Source: Candidatus Saccharimonadota bacterium (lineage in GTDB: Archaea > Micrarchaeota > Micrarchaeia > Micrarchaeales > Micrarchaeaceae). From it: a DNA stretch of 32,000 nucleotides. The notes beneath the pieces were generated by a model. That model was not told where the DNA came from, searched no databases, and saw nothing but the letters and a program-made list of their open reading frames with translations. Location of the stretch: assembly GCA_963698035.1 (NCBI GenBank), contig OY969114.1, positions 570,001 through 602,000 of the forward strand. The letters are read 5' to 3'. Each line of letters opens with the position of its first letter. Position 1 is the first letter of the stretch. A program made the position numbers and the translations under genes. Positions 7,376 through 16,176 of this stretch are shown piece after piece.

Positions 7376-9205
7376 CTATGCCAGTGCTATCACAACCGCG
7401 GCAACCACGAAGCCTGAGAGTATTATTATCGGGCTGAGCAGCCTTGCCCTCGATACGACAGAGTGGGCCATGTTCATCAGGATGTCACCGACGTCAGGTC
7501 CCCACACCGGGAACTTCTTCAGCACGATCCTTTTGTGGTACACCCTCACCTGCCCCATGTCGCTGATCGCCTCGGCCATCGCCCTGTCTATGAAGGGCTT
7601 GAGCTCCTTGAACTTTGTGTACCTGCCCAGCACGTTCTCAACAGTGTACTCGATAGAGTTCACAGCATGCGTATCTGTCGTATACACCTCTGCGTTTACA
7701 CGATAGCTCCTTTTTATGTAGGATATTATCTCCTCCCTCAATGATGGCAGCATGTTGTTGGAATTGAAGTGCAGCACAGCATACCTGAAGCCATTGAAGG
7801 AGAAGAGCGCGGTGTTCAGGTTTCCGCTCGCAAGGTCGGCGGGATCGCCCAGTTCCTTGCGGACCTCTACCGAAGAGACCCCTATTCTCTGCGAACGAGA
7901 TCTGTGCAGTTCCTTCAGCCTGCCCATCGCCTGCGCGTAGTCCTTCATGCACCTTGAATTGAACTTTACTCCTGCAAGCTCGCCCTTCGGCGCGCTCTCG
8001 AACCTCGAGTTGTGCGCGTCTATCAGTATTGAATCACCGTACCTGTTTTCAAGAACCTTCTTGAAGAGCTTCGACGCCTCGTATGCCACGTCCTCGGTCA
8101 CGTGCGGAGCCCTCGAGAGGGCGACGAGCGATATCTTTCCCATCGATATCCTTGTGACCTTAGAGGCGGAGAAGCGGCCGAACGAATAGCCCATTCCAGG
8201 GCCGACGCTCTGTGATGTTTTTACGCCCTCTGCAAGCGCTGCCTGTATCCTGCCCAGCTGGCTTGCGGATATGGGATTCCTGTCAGCTGTTACAGTAGTA
8301 TGCATTATGAAGCCGGTTGCCCCGTATTTGGACCTTACGTACCTCTCCAGTATAGAGGGGAAATTGCTCGCCCCGAGGCTGCCCGCAGGCCCGTAGTGTA
8401 TCTCTGGTATAAAGAAAATCGCCTTGATTGCCCCGTTCTGGCTCCTAACCACCATCGTGTCTGTGTCCACGTCGGGCTTTATGCCCAGCTTGGTGTTGAC
8501 CGTCATGGCGGTGTTTATGTCGAAGAGCCAGTTCTGCACCATCCCGGAAAACATGTCGATGCTACCTATCCCGAGGTTCTTCTTCAGAGGCCTGTCAAGG
8601 GTGTAGACGAGCAGGTAGCTGACTATCATGAAGATAAAGATACCGGCATAGAGCTTGATGAACAGCGTGTTCAACGGCGTATCGAGGCTGAAGAAGAACC
8701 TGCTCGCAGATATGAAGAGCACCACGTTAAGCGTGGGCTGTATCAGCGCGAAGAGGACAGCCCTCTTCCTGAAGCCTAAGACCACCTTGTTTATGAAGAA
8801 CCACCATGCGAAGAGGCTCGCATCTCCAACGAGTATCACCATAGTCGCTGCCCCTATGCCAAGGAAGGTATAGAGCACGCATCCAAGCAGCAGGAAGACA
8901 GAGTACGATCCCGCTCCGCAGAGAGAGACGAACATCATGTGCCTTACGCTCACCTGCCGTTTTACCCCCTTCATCAGTATTACTGTGAGCACCGTGGGCA
9001 GCAGTATCGCTATCGTCCCCGCGAGCGCACCGTTGAGCAGAACGTAGTCTATTATGTACGGAAGCGTCTTGTAGTGCAGCAGGGAGACCGCTGCCATGCC
9101 GACGACGAGGCTGAGCAGCACTAGGATAGAGAATAGCACCGGAGTGCCAGGAAGCCTTTTTGAGAATATGCCCGAATAATTGGAGAGCTTTTTTGTTCCC
9201 GCCAT
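7376..9205 (-). CDS. Large integral membrane protein with a C-terminal soluble domain and a final TM helix; resembles the archaeal DUF2070/COG3356 architecture (from memory)
   Basis: 609 aa. The N-terminal 230 aa or so hold multiple TM helices. A soluble region of about 330 aa follows (PEIHYGPAGSLGASNFPSILERYV..., IDAHNSRFES), then the terminal helix IIILSGFVVAAVVIAL. It lies 16 nt downstream of uppS on the same strand. Confidence 0.6.
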   Translation of the reverse strand: MAGTKKLSNYSGIFSKRLPGTPVLFSILVLLSLVVGMAAVSLLHYKTLPYIIDYVLLNGALAGTIAILLPTVLTVILMKGVKRQVSVRHMMFVSLCGAGSYSVFLLLGCVLYTFLGIGAATMVILVGDASLFAWWFFINKVVLGFRKRAVLFALIQPTLNVVLFISASRFFFSLDTPLNTLFIKLYAGIFIFMIVSYLLVYTLDRPLKKNLGIGSIDMFSGMVQNWLFDINTAMTVNTKLGIKPDVDTDTMVVRSQNGAIKAIFFIPEIHYGPAGSLGASNFPSILERYVRSKYGATGFIMHTTVTADRNPISASQLGRIQAALAEGVKTSQSVGPGMGYSFGRFSASKVTRISMGKISLVALSRAPHVTEDVAYEASKLFKKVLENRYGDSILIDAHNSRFESAPKGELAGVKFNSRCMKDYAQAMGRLKELHRSRSQRIGVSSVEVRKELGDPADLASGNLNTALFSFNGFRYAVLHFNSNNMLPSLREEIISYIKRSYRVNAEVYTTDTHAVNSIEYTVENVLGRYTKFKELKPFIDRAMAEAISDMGQVRVYHKRIVLKKFPVWGPDVGDILMNMAHSVVSRARLLSPIIILSGFVVAAVVIALA

Positions 9206-9221
9206 TTAAACAACTCGGGCC

Positions 9222-9941
9222 CTACTTCCCGAATCTCCTCTTCCTTTTGTAGAACGTGTCGATTGCCTTCTTCAGGTCCTTCTTTCCGAAGTCCGGCCAG
9301 TACTTCTTTGCAAAATAGAGTTCGGAGTAGTTGGACTGCCATGGCAGGAAGCCGGATAGCCTCTGCTCCCCAGATGTCCTTATTATCAGGTCCACGTCGG
9401 GCAGGCTCGCGCTCATCAGCTTCGACCCTATCATCTCGCTGCTTATGTGCTTCGGCGTCACGCCGCCAGCGCAGATGCTCCTAACCGCCTGCGCGATGTC
9501 CTCCCTGCCGCCATAGCCGACAAGTAGGTTTATCGTAAGCTCCTTGTACATCCTGGTCTTCATCTCCAGCTCGCGAAGCGCCTCCTTCAGCTTTTTGGGA
9601 AGGAGCGACATGTTGCCTATCACCTTTATGTGCGCCTGGTTCTCCTTCAACTTCTTCAATATCAACTTGTCCCTTGTAGCCTTGACATAGAGTCCATACA
9701 GGAGCCTGAGCTCCCCACCGCTCCTTCTTGTGGCGTTCTCTGTGGAAAGCGCCCATACAGAAATCGTCTTGACTCCCTGCTCCTTGGCCCAGATGCATAC
9801 ATCAATCGTCTTCTCTATGCCCGTATGGTATCCTGCGAGCAGGTTGAGCCTGTTGCCCCTCGCCCATCTCCTATTGCCGTCCGGTATTATCGCTACGTGA
9901 AGCGGAGCCCCCCTCCCTCGAACCAGACTTTTGCTTGCCAT
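9222..9941 (-). CDS. uppS: cis-Prenyltransferase (undecaprenyl/dolichyl-type diphosphate synthase)
   Basis: HVAIIPDGNRRWA motif, TISVWALSTEN, and RTSGEQRLSGFLPWQSNYSELYF. The track start is 9974. ATG 9941 (MASKSL...) sits about 26 nt downstream of the A/T box tatataat (complement of 9963-9970). Confidence 0.9.
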   Translation of the reverse strand: MASKSLVRGRGAPLHVAIIPDGNRRWARGNRLNLLAGYHTGIEKTIDVCIWAKEQGVKTISVWALSTENATRRSGGELRLLYGLYVKATRDKLILKKLKENQAHIKVIGNMSLLPKKLKEALRELEMKTRMYKELTINLLVGYGGREDIAQAVRSICAGGVTPKHISSEMIGSKLMSASLPDVDLIIRTSGEQRLSGFLPWQSNYSELYFAKKYWPDFGKKDLKKAIDTFYKRKRRFGK

Positions 9942-10042
9942 TAGAAAACCATCAAATGCCCTAATTATATACATACATTACAGGTCTATCAACCAGACGC
10001 CCTACAAGTATAAAAATACACAGCACAAAAACTATAAATATA

Positions 10043-11293
10043 GTGCTCAGCATGTCGGATTTTGATGCAACCTACGTAGACTCGCTTGACGGCATGGTCG
10101 GCAACCCAGCCTCTATAGAGTACCTGAAGAGGTACGCAGCTGACATAGAAAAGGGCAATGCAAGGAGGCCGGTGCTGCTCTACGGCCCTCCCGGCACCGG
10201 GAAGACCCTCGCGGCGCACCTGCTTGCCAAGTGGATAGGCTGGAACATGGTGGAGATGAGCGCAAGCGACTACAGGGATTCGGCGGCTATAGAGAGGAGG
10301 CTTCACGTCTCCTCGGGCACCAGGAGCCTCTTCGGCGCAAGGAACCTGCTGCTGCTTGACGAGGTAGACGAGCTATCGAGCAGGTTCGACTCAGGCGCCC
10401 CCTCCTCGATAGGGAAGCTGGTCAACGAATCGAAGAGCCCGGTCATGCTGATAGCGAACAACATGTGGGACCAGAGCATCTCATTCTTGAGGGGCAGGGT
10501 CGACACGGTGGAATTCAAGAAGCTTACAGTGGTCGATATCTCCAAAATACTGAAGAATGTGGCGATAAAGCTCGGCGCGGAGGCAGACCCGAAGATTGTG
10601 GATGCCCTCGCGAGCAGGTCTGTTGGTGATGCAAGGAGCGCGATAAACGACTTTATCGTAATGATAGGCTCGGACGAGCAGATGCTCGATTCCATCGGCC
10701 TCCGCGACAGGAAGTCGGACATCTTTTCGGTGCTCGACAAGATATTCGGCTCCAACACCTACTCGGCGCCACTCAGAGCGATATCGAACTCCGATGTCGA
10801 CAACGACATGCTGATAAAATGGATAGATGAGAACCTGCCCTACAGGTATTCACAGATATCCGACATAAAGTCCGGATACTCATCTCTTGCGAACGCTACA
10901 AAATTCTCCAACAGGGCGTCGCGAAAGCAGTATTACACATATTGGAGGTACATGAGTGTCATGATGTCGAGTGGCGTCGCCCTCTCAAAGACCTCTGCCG
11001 TAGATACGAGAAGGAGGTACTCATTTCCGAAGCTAATCTTGGAGCTGAGCAGTACCAAGGCGGAGAGGACGATGGAAATTGCAATAGCGAAGAAGCTGCA
11101 GAAGGATGTCCACTACAGCATAAGGGAGATAAGGGCGAGCGTGCTTCCGATCATTTTGCTAATGGTGTCGAAGGCGCTCGAGAACGGATCCGAGAAGGGG
11201 GCAGTGTCGGATTTTCTTGCCGCAAAATTCGGGCTGAATGAAAAGGAGGCCGATTACCTGATATCTAACCGTAGCTCGCGCCGAGCTCATTGA
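10043..11293 (+). CDS. rfcL: Replication factor C large subunit
   Basis: Walker A LLYGPPGTGKT, EMSASDYRD, Walker B LLLLDEVDEL, sensor/arginine region VGDARSAIND. The C-terminal IKWIDENLPYRY ... LANATKFSNRASRKQYYTYWRY is typical of archaeal RfcL. ATG 10052 is an alternative start. Confidence 0.8.
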   Translation: MLSMSDFDATYVDSLDGMVGNPASIEYLKRYAADIEKGNARRPVLLYGPPGTGKTLAAHLLAKWIGWNMVEMSASDYRDSAAIERRLHVSSGTRSLFGARNLLLLDEVDELSSRFDSGAPSSIGKLVNESKSPVMLIANNMWDQSISFLRGRVDTVEFKKLTVVDISKILKNVAIKLGAEADPKIVDALASRSVGDARSAINDFIVMIGSDEQMLDSIGLRDRKSDIFSVLDKIFGSNTYSAPLRAISNSDVDNDMLIKWIDENLPYRYSQISDIKSGYSSLANATKFSNRASRKQYYTYWRYMSVMMSSGVALSKTSAVDTRRRYSFPKLILELSSTKAERTMEIAIAKKLQKDVHYSIREIRASVLPIILLMVSKALENGSEKGAVSDFLAAKFGLNEKEADYLISNRSSRRAH

Positions 11294-12698
11294 GGAGCAA
11301 TGTCATAACGCTCTTCAGCCCATCAGGATCTATCTTTATGCTCGCAGCTTCGTTGTGCCCACCCCCGGATCCTACGTATTCGGATTCCTCCTCCAGCCTT
11401 TTTATTATCTTCAGTATTCCTACAGACCCTGATATCTGCTTTGATATCCTCAGCGTTATGTAACTCCCGTAATGTACGATCGCGATTGTCTTCGCGCCGT
11501 TAATCGACTCGAGCTTCTCCTGGAGTTTGGAGCTGTACCTTCCCGGGAGTGGATAGCCCGACTCGCTCCTCGGCAGGCTCCTGAAATCCAGCACGAAAGC
11601 GGTTATCCCCTCTCTGCCCCTGTAGCTCTTAACGCTTTTAACGCCGAGTTCCAGCATCTCGTTCATCGTGTTCGAGGCCTCGTGGAAGAGCATGTCTGCC
11701 CTCTCTTTCTCTGCAAGTATGCCTTCTATGTAGCGCGGGGTGAGCTTCTCTATGTGCGAATCGCTCCGTCCCGCTATGCTGGTCAGGTAATCCAGCAGTA
11801 TCGCGTTCCGCTGCCCTTGCTTGTTCGACCTGTCAGCGAAAGAGCTGTAATCGCTTATCAGAGAGGCGAGCACCATGTCGGAGGTCTCTACAGGATGAAT
11901 TATCTCCGCGAATAGGGAGGTGAGCAGGCCCGCGGTGAAATTGGAGTCGCTGCCATACTCCCATGGGTTTATGTAATACCTTAGTTCTGAAGAGGGGAAA
12001 CCCTCGTAGACCGGGTGGTGGTCCAGCATCACCACATCTACTTTTTGTGCAGCATCCCTGAACTGGGCCTCGCTTCCGATAGCCGTCCCGAAATCCGTTA
12101 TAAATACAATCGGCTTGAGGATGCTCTCAAAATTGCTGAATTCTGTGAAGTCCGAACGCATCGCGCCCTCGTCGTACTCTATGCCCTTCTGCATGACCCA
12201 CGACAGCCCTCTCTGGCTGGACAGCGCTACGCCGTCAAGGCGCGAGAGCGCCCTGTAGAGGGAGACTGCGCCGCCCGCCCCGTCCCCGTCATTGTGGAAT
12301 CTTATCACTATCGGCGCCCCCGCCAGGTATCCCTTCAGGAAGCTCGAGGCCGCCGCCTGCAGCTGCGCAGACATCCTCTTTGCTGCATCAAGGTACGGCC
12401 TTCCCGAATGTGACGCAAGCATCTTGATGGCGTTCTGCCCGATTCCCAGCCCGCCTATCATCTTCGAGAGCTTGCCCTCCGATTCCTTGGCGCCAGCCTT
12501 GCCCTCTATCTCGAGCGCCCCTATCGTCTGCCCTCTCTCATCCGAATCGAGCCGCTTTACCGCAACCATGTCGTTCAGCTCGAGCATGAGGCTGCTCCTC
12601 ACGTTGAGCGCCCTGTCCGATATTATAGTATAGATATTGTTCCTGCTGTCAGGCGCCTTCCTTATGGCAGTAACGATTCCCTTGAAGATTTCCTGCAT
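11265..12698 (-). CDS. RecJ/Cdc45-like DHH-family phosphoesterase with an N-terminal OB-like domain
   Basis: DHH motifs I HNDGDGAGG, II FITDFG and III MLDHHP, plus DHHA1 GGGHNEAAS. The track start 12746 overlaps the upstream gene by 40 nt. ATG 12698 (MQEIFKG...) leaves an 8-nt gap. Confidence 0.8.
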   Translation of the reverse strand: MQEIFKGIVTAIRKAPDSRNNIYTIISDRALNVRSSLMLELNDMVAVKRLDSDERGQTIGALEIEGKAGAKESEGKLSKMIGGLGIGQNAIKMLASHSGRPYLDAAKRMSAQLQAAASSFLKGYLAGAPIVIRFHNDGDGAGGAVSLYRALSRLDGVALSSQRGLSWVMQKGIEYDEGAMRSDFTEFSNFESILKPIVFITDFGTAIGSEAQFRDAAQKVDVVMLDHHPVYEGFPSSELRYYINPWEYGSDSNFTAGLLTSLFAEIIHPVETSDMVLASLISDYSSFADRSNKQGQRNAILLDYLTSIAGRSDSHIEKLTPRYIEGILAEKERADMLFHEASNTMNEMLELGVKSVKSYRGREGITAFVLDFRSLPRSESGYPLPGRYSSKLQEKLESINGAKTIAIVHYGSYITLRISKQISGSVGILKIIKRLEEESEYVGSGGGHNEAASIKIDPDGLKSVMTLLLNELGASYG

Positions 12699-12706
12699 CC
12701 CAACGG

Positions 12707-13807
12707 CTACCCGGTCGAATTTGAAACAGATGCTGCGCTCTCGCACGATGCCATTACGCTTGAGTTGCTTATGTAGGTGCAGTACTGGTCGTCAGCGTAC
12801 TTCGCCGCGAGTGCGGAATAACAGGCGTTCTGGTACTGCATTGCACTTACCTGGCCGCATATCGAGACGTTGCGGTTCTTGACAGCGATGTAGGAGAGCA
12901 TCCCGTAGCTGCAGACCTGTTGTACATATGATGGCAGCCTCCCGCACACCGTGCTTATGTTCTGCAGCGTTATGTTTTCAGAGGCATTGTAGGTACTGGA
13001 TGAGAAAGCCTGCTTGCAAAGCAGCGATATTGTGCCGTTAAGCGCAGAGCAGGCAGAAGAGTTGTACGTCAGCACAGCTACGCTGTACCTGCAGAACTGC
13101 TCCGGCGTGACGTTGATAAATGGAAGCAGCGCGGTAGTGTTCGTCATCCCAATGGCGATCGGAGTCTGGTCGAACATGTAGACGAGCAGGCTTGCATTCT
13201 GTATGCCTGGCAGTGGTGAGCAGTATGAACCGTTCTTGTATATTATAGCGCTCTGGTAATCGTTCCTGTATTTGCAGTCTGCCGAGAGCGTCTGGTTGCC
13301 TATAAGGCTGCACGAATAGGATTGCATGAAGTTCTGCTGCGTGGCGACCCCGTAGGCGCACTCAGACCTATAAGGCTCTGCCAAAGAGGTGCAGTATGCG
13401 ATGTTGGGATTGACCTTGCTGACTGCTATGATGCAGGCCGAGTAGAAGCTTGCGTTCCGGCTCTCAATGCTGCACATGCTCTCGTTCTTCATTGCAACCG
13501 CGATGTTGGATACGCACTGCGCGCTCTGGCCAGATGGAAGATATCCACAGACCGACACGTTCCTTGTCGAGTTTGCAAGCCCGAAGAGGCAGGAGGAACG
13601 CTGCTGCGAGAAGACTATTCCCGTGCACCTGCCCAGCGGCGTGCCGCTTCCGCTCGTAACAAGGACCAGCACAGCCGCGATTACAAGGATGATCGTTATC
13701 ACGCCAGCGACTATCATCCTCTCCTCCGAGCTTGTAGTCGGACTCTTCTTTTGAGATGTGTCGTAGCTAGCTTTCTTACCTCTAAAGATCAGGGACATTT
13801 GAAGCAT
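12707..13807 (-). CDS. Signal-anchored, cysteine-rich and sequon-rich extracellular repeat protein (uncharacterised)
   Basis: It has an N-terminal TM helix (MIVAGVITIILVIAAVLVLV). The ectodomain has 20 Cys and 17 N-x-S/T sequons by my hand count. Cys-Cys spacing alternates between roughly 10-12 and 13-17 residues. Confidence 0.75.
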   Translation of the reverse strand: MLQMSLIFRGKKASYDTSQKKSPTTSSEERMIVAGVITIILVIAAVLVLVTSGSGTPLGRCTGIVFSQQRSSCLFGLANSTRNVSVCGYLPSGQSAQCVSNIAVAMKNESMCSIESRNASFYSACIIAVSKVNPNIAYCTSLAEPYRSECAYGVATQQNFMQSYSCSLIGNQTLSADCKYRNDYQSAIIYKNGSYCSPLPGIQNASLLVYMFDQTPIAIGMTNTTALLPFINVTPEQFCRYSVAVLTYNSSACSALNGTISLLCKQAFSSSTYNASENITLQNISTVCGRLPSYVQQVCSYGMLSYIAVKNRNVSICGQVSAMQYQNACYSALAAKYADDQYCTYISNSSVMASCESAASVSNSTG

Positions 13808-13813
13808 CCGTAA

Positions 13814-14563
13814 CTATATCTCGCTTATCGTGAATACCTTGAAGCCCTTGCCCATTATCTCGTAGGGCGCGAGCGTCATACTGTGGTTGCTGCCGCGCAG
13901 CTTCAGTATCTCCATCACGAAGGTGCGCTTGTTCTCCTCTGTGTTCTGGTACATCGCTAGCGTCCCGTCGAATATGAAGAACTCGGGACTGAAGGTCACA
14001 TCCTTCCTGTTCATCGATGGAAGCTCCATAGTTAGAAATCCAGTGACACCCATCCTCTGCAGGTTGTCGCGGAGCGCGATCATGCACTTCCTGTAGATGA
14101 AGAGGTCTCCCAGCATCAGCTTCAGCAAAGAAATCGAATCGATGACCACGCACTTTGAGGCGTTTGACTTTATTATTGTCTCCATCTCTGACACTACATT
14201 GCCGAACGAGTAGGCCTCGGAATCATTTTCCATCCGGACCTTTGATGAGATGGAATTTCCACCGATCGCTATCTTGTTGCTCGAGACAAGCTCATCCATG
14301 TCCACTAGCTCCGGGAATGCCTGCTTGAAATTCTTTATTATGTTGGCTTGAGGCTCCTCAAGCGCCAGGAATGTCCCGTTTATGCCCTTCTTCGCGTTGT
14401 GATAAAGGATCTCGAGCGTTAGCAGGGTCTTTCCGCAACCCGGTCCACCGCACACAAGGATCTGGCTGTTGGTAGGAACGCCACCGTAAAGAATATTGTC
14501 AAGGCCGTCTATCCCTGTTTGGATGCGGTCGTTTGAGGAAGAAATTGGTGTTGCCATGCTCAT
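13814..14563 (-). CDS. Single-domain KaiC/RecA-superfamily ATPase
   Basis: IQTGIDGLDNILYGGVPTNSQILVCGGPGCGKTLLTLEILY (Walker A) and Walker B CVVIDSISLL. 249 aa. Confidence 0.85.
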   Translation of the reverse strand: MSMATPISSSNDRIQTGIDGLDNILYGGVPTNSQILVCGGPGCGKTLLTLEILYHNAKKGINGTFLALEEPQANIIKNFKQAFPELVDMDELVSSNKIAIGGNSISSKVRMENDSEAYSFGNVVSEMETIIKSNASKCVVIDSISLLKLMLGDLFIYRKCMIALRDNLQRMGVTGFLTMELPSMNRKDVTFSPEFFIFDGTLAMYQNTEENKRTFVMEILKLRGSNHSMTLAPYEIMGKGFKVFTISEI

Positions 14564-14669
14564 CTTATAGATTAAAAGGGTTGTTATTTAATAACCTTTG
14601 GCTGCAAATAATAACAGGTAAGGGGGGAGTTCGCCAGCAGCATGTGCGGCGTGGATTTATCGTGATTTA

Positions 14670-15455
14670 ATGATGAAGAAGTTCGTTTATATCGGTGTAA
14701 TACTCGTAGTTGTGGCACTGATAATACTAGTGCTTTCTGGGAGCCTAATAAGCCTCAAAGGGGTGCTTACCCAGGCGAATTACACGGTATCGAGCGGTAT
14801 GTTCTCGTACCTCTCGCTGACACTGGCGAACCAGTCCGCAATACTTCTTGCTGGCAGCTTCAGCGGACCCTTAAACTTCTACCTGTTCAATTCCAGCGCG
14901 TTTTCCAAGTGGAGCGCAGCTGTTGACAGCGCGAATGCGCTTCCCGGCTATCAGGTCGCCCAGAGCCTCAAGGGCGCCGGCCTATTCTTCGAATACAGGA
15001 ATGTCACCTCTATCATAGTTCCGTACCAGCAGGGTGTCTACAACGTAACCCCTCTCTACTCGCTCAACGTATCAAAGGGATTCCCTGCAGGAACCTACTA
15101 CGCAGTGATGGACAACACTCCTGGAAGTCCTTCAGCTGGCCACGCAGTGAACGCCACCCTCCTATACGCAACCCAAGGGTCTACATCTTCCAATTCCGCT
15201 GTATCAAAGTTCGTCGATGAGGAAGCCGCGTTAGGCCTTGCATTCTTAATACTGCTAATAGCGGGCATAATAGTGATAATAATAGGTTTCATAAAGAAGC
15301 CGAAGATGATGGTGCAGCAGCAACAGACTACGGCTGGCACAGTCCCCTCACAGCAGAAGACCGGTAAGAATGAGATGAGTGACGAGCAGATAGACAAATT
15401 GTACAAAAAGATTAAGAAGAGAAGTCAGAGGGTTCAGAGAGCAACTAGTGATTGA
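14670..15455 (+). CDS. Bitopic membrane glycoprotein candidate (N- and C-terminal TM helices, basic cytoplasmic tail)
   Basis: TM1 is FVYIGVILVVVALIILVL and TM2 is LGLAFLILLIAGIIVIIIGFI. The loop between them holds 7 N-x-S/T sequons. The tail is Q/K-rich. Confidence 0.65.
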   Translation: MMKKFVYIGVILVVVALIILVLSGSLISLKGVLTQANYTVSSGMFSYLSLTLANQSAILLAGSFSGPLNFYLFNSSAFSKWSAAVDSANALPGYQVAQSLKGAGLFFEYRNVTSIIVPYQQGVYNVTPLYSLNVSKGFPAGTYYAVMDNTPGSPSAGHAVNATLLYATQGSTSSNSAVSKFVDEEAALGLAFLILLIAGIIVIIIGFIKKPKMMVQQQQTTAGTVPSQQKTGKNEMSDEQIDKLYKKIKKRSQRVQRATSD

Positions 15456-16145
15456 GTGGATGAACTCAGGGAGAAAATAGCCGGTGAGATAGCCCTGTCG
15501 GACAGCCCCGGCAGCGCCATGAAGAAGTGGAGGGAGCTCTTCGGGATAACCCAAGTGGAGCTCGCAAAGCAGATAAAAATATCAACATCGACGATAAGTG
15601 ACTACGAGAGCAACAGGAGGATAAGCCCCGGCGTAGGTGTGATAAAGAGGTTCGTCGACGCTCTCTTCACGATAGACGCGGAGAAGGGAAACACGGTCGT
15701 GCAGGGTCTGGAGAAGCTCTCACCCAAGAGGGTCGAGGAGAAGTTCTATACGGTGCACGATTTCGCATCGCCGATAAGCGGCGTGGATTTCAATAGGGTG
15801 ATAGAGGGGAAGATAATAGCCAACCCGAGCTACCTAGACTCGATAAAGCTCTTCGGCTATACAACGGTCGACAGCCTCAGGGTGATACTCGAAATGTCGC
15901 CATCTGAATACCCGAAGCTCTTCGGCGCGACCTTGGAGAGGGCCTTCCTCTTCGACAAGGTATCGACCGGAAGGTCACCAATGGTGGTAATAAGGGTAGC
16001 GCCGATAAAGCCCAAGGTGGTGGTAATGCACGGCATAACCACGATTGACAAGCTCGCGATAAAGATCGCGCAGATCGAGAAGATACCCCTCCTCACAACG
16101 AAGCTTACGATGGAGGAGCTCTACGAGAGGCTCAACAAGATATAG
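15456..16145 (+). CDS. XRE-type helix-turn-helix transcriptional regulator with a C-terminal domain conserved in archaea
   Basis: MKKWRELFGITQVELAKQIKISTSTISDYESNRR is a canonical HTH_3 segment. The GTG start directly abuts the TGA stop of the upstream gene. Confidence 0.75.
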   Translation: MDELREKIAGEIALSDSPGSAMKKWRELFGITQVELAKQIKISTSTISDYESNRRISPGVGVIKRFVDALFTIDAEKGNTVVQGLEKLSPKRVEEKFYTVHDFASPISGVDFNRVIEGKIIANPSYLDSIKLFGYTTVDSLRVILEMSPSEYPKLFGATLERAFLFDKVSTGRSPMVVIRVAPIKPKVVVMHGITTIDKLAIKIAQIEKIPLLTTKLTMEELYERLNKI

Positions 16146-16176
16146 ATCTTGTCGAATAGCTTTACGGTTACCGGTT

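Noticed and set aside
6801-7706. 301-aa and 179-aa + strand ORFs (6801..7706, 6814..7353)
   Set aside because: They are antisense shadows of asnS and of the 3' end of the 609-aa membrane gene. Their composition is Pro/Leu/Arg-rich, as expected for the reverse frame, and they cross a real intergenic region without any start context.
8300-13813. Medium-length opposite-strand ORFs (8300..8779, 9481..9798, 9630..9944, 10303..10758, 11472..11915, 12015..12413, 12292..12633, 13038..13361, 13322..13813)
   Set aside because: Each is fully nested antisense within a gene that has strong family motifs, and none has motifs or promoter context of its own.
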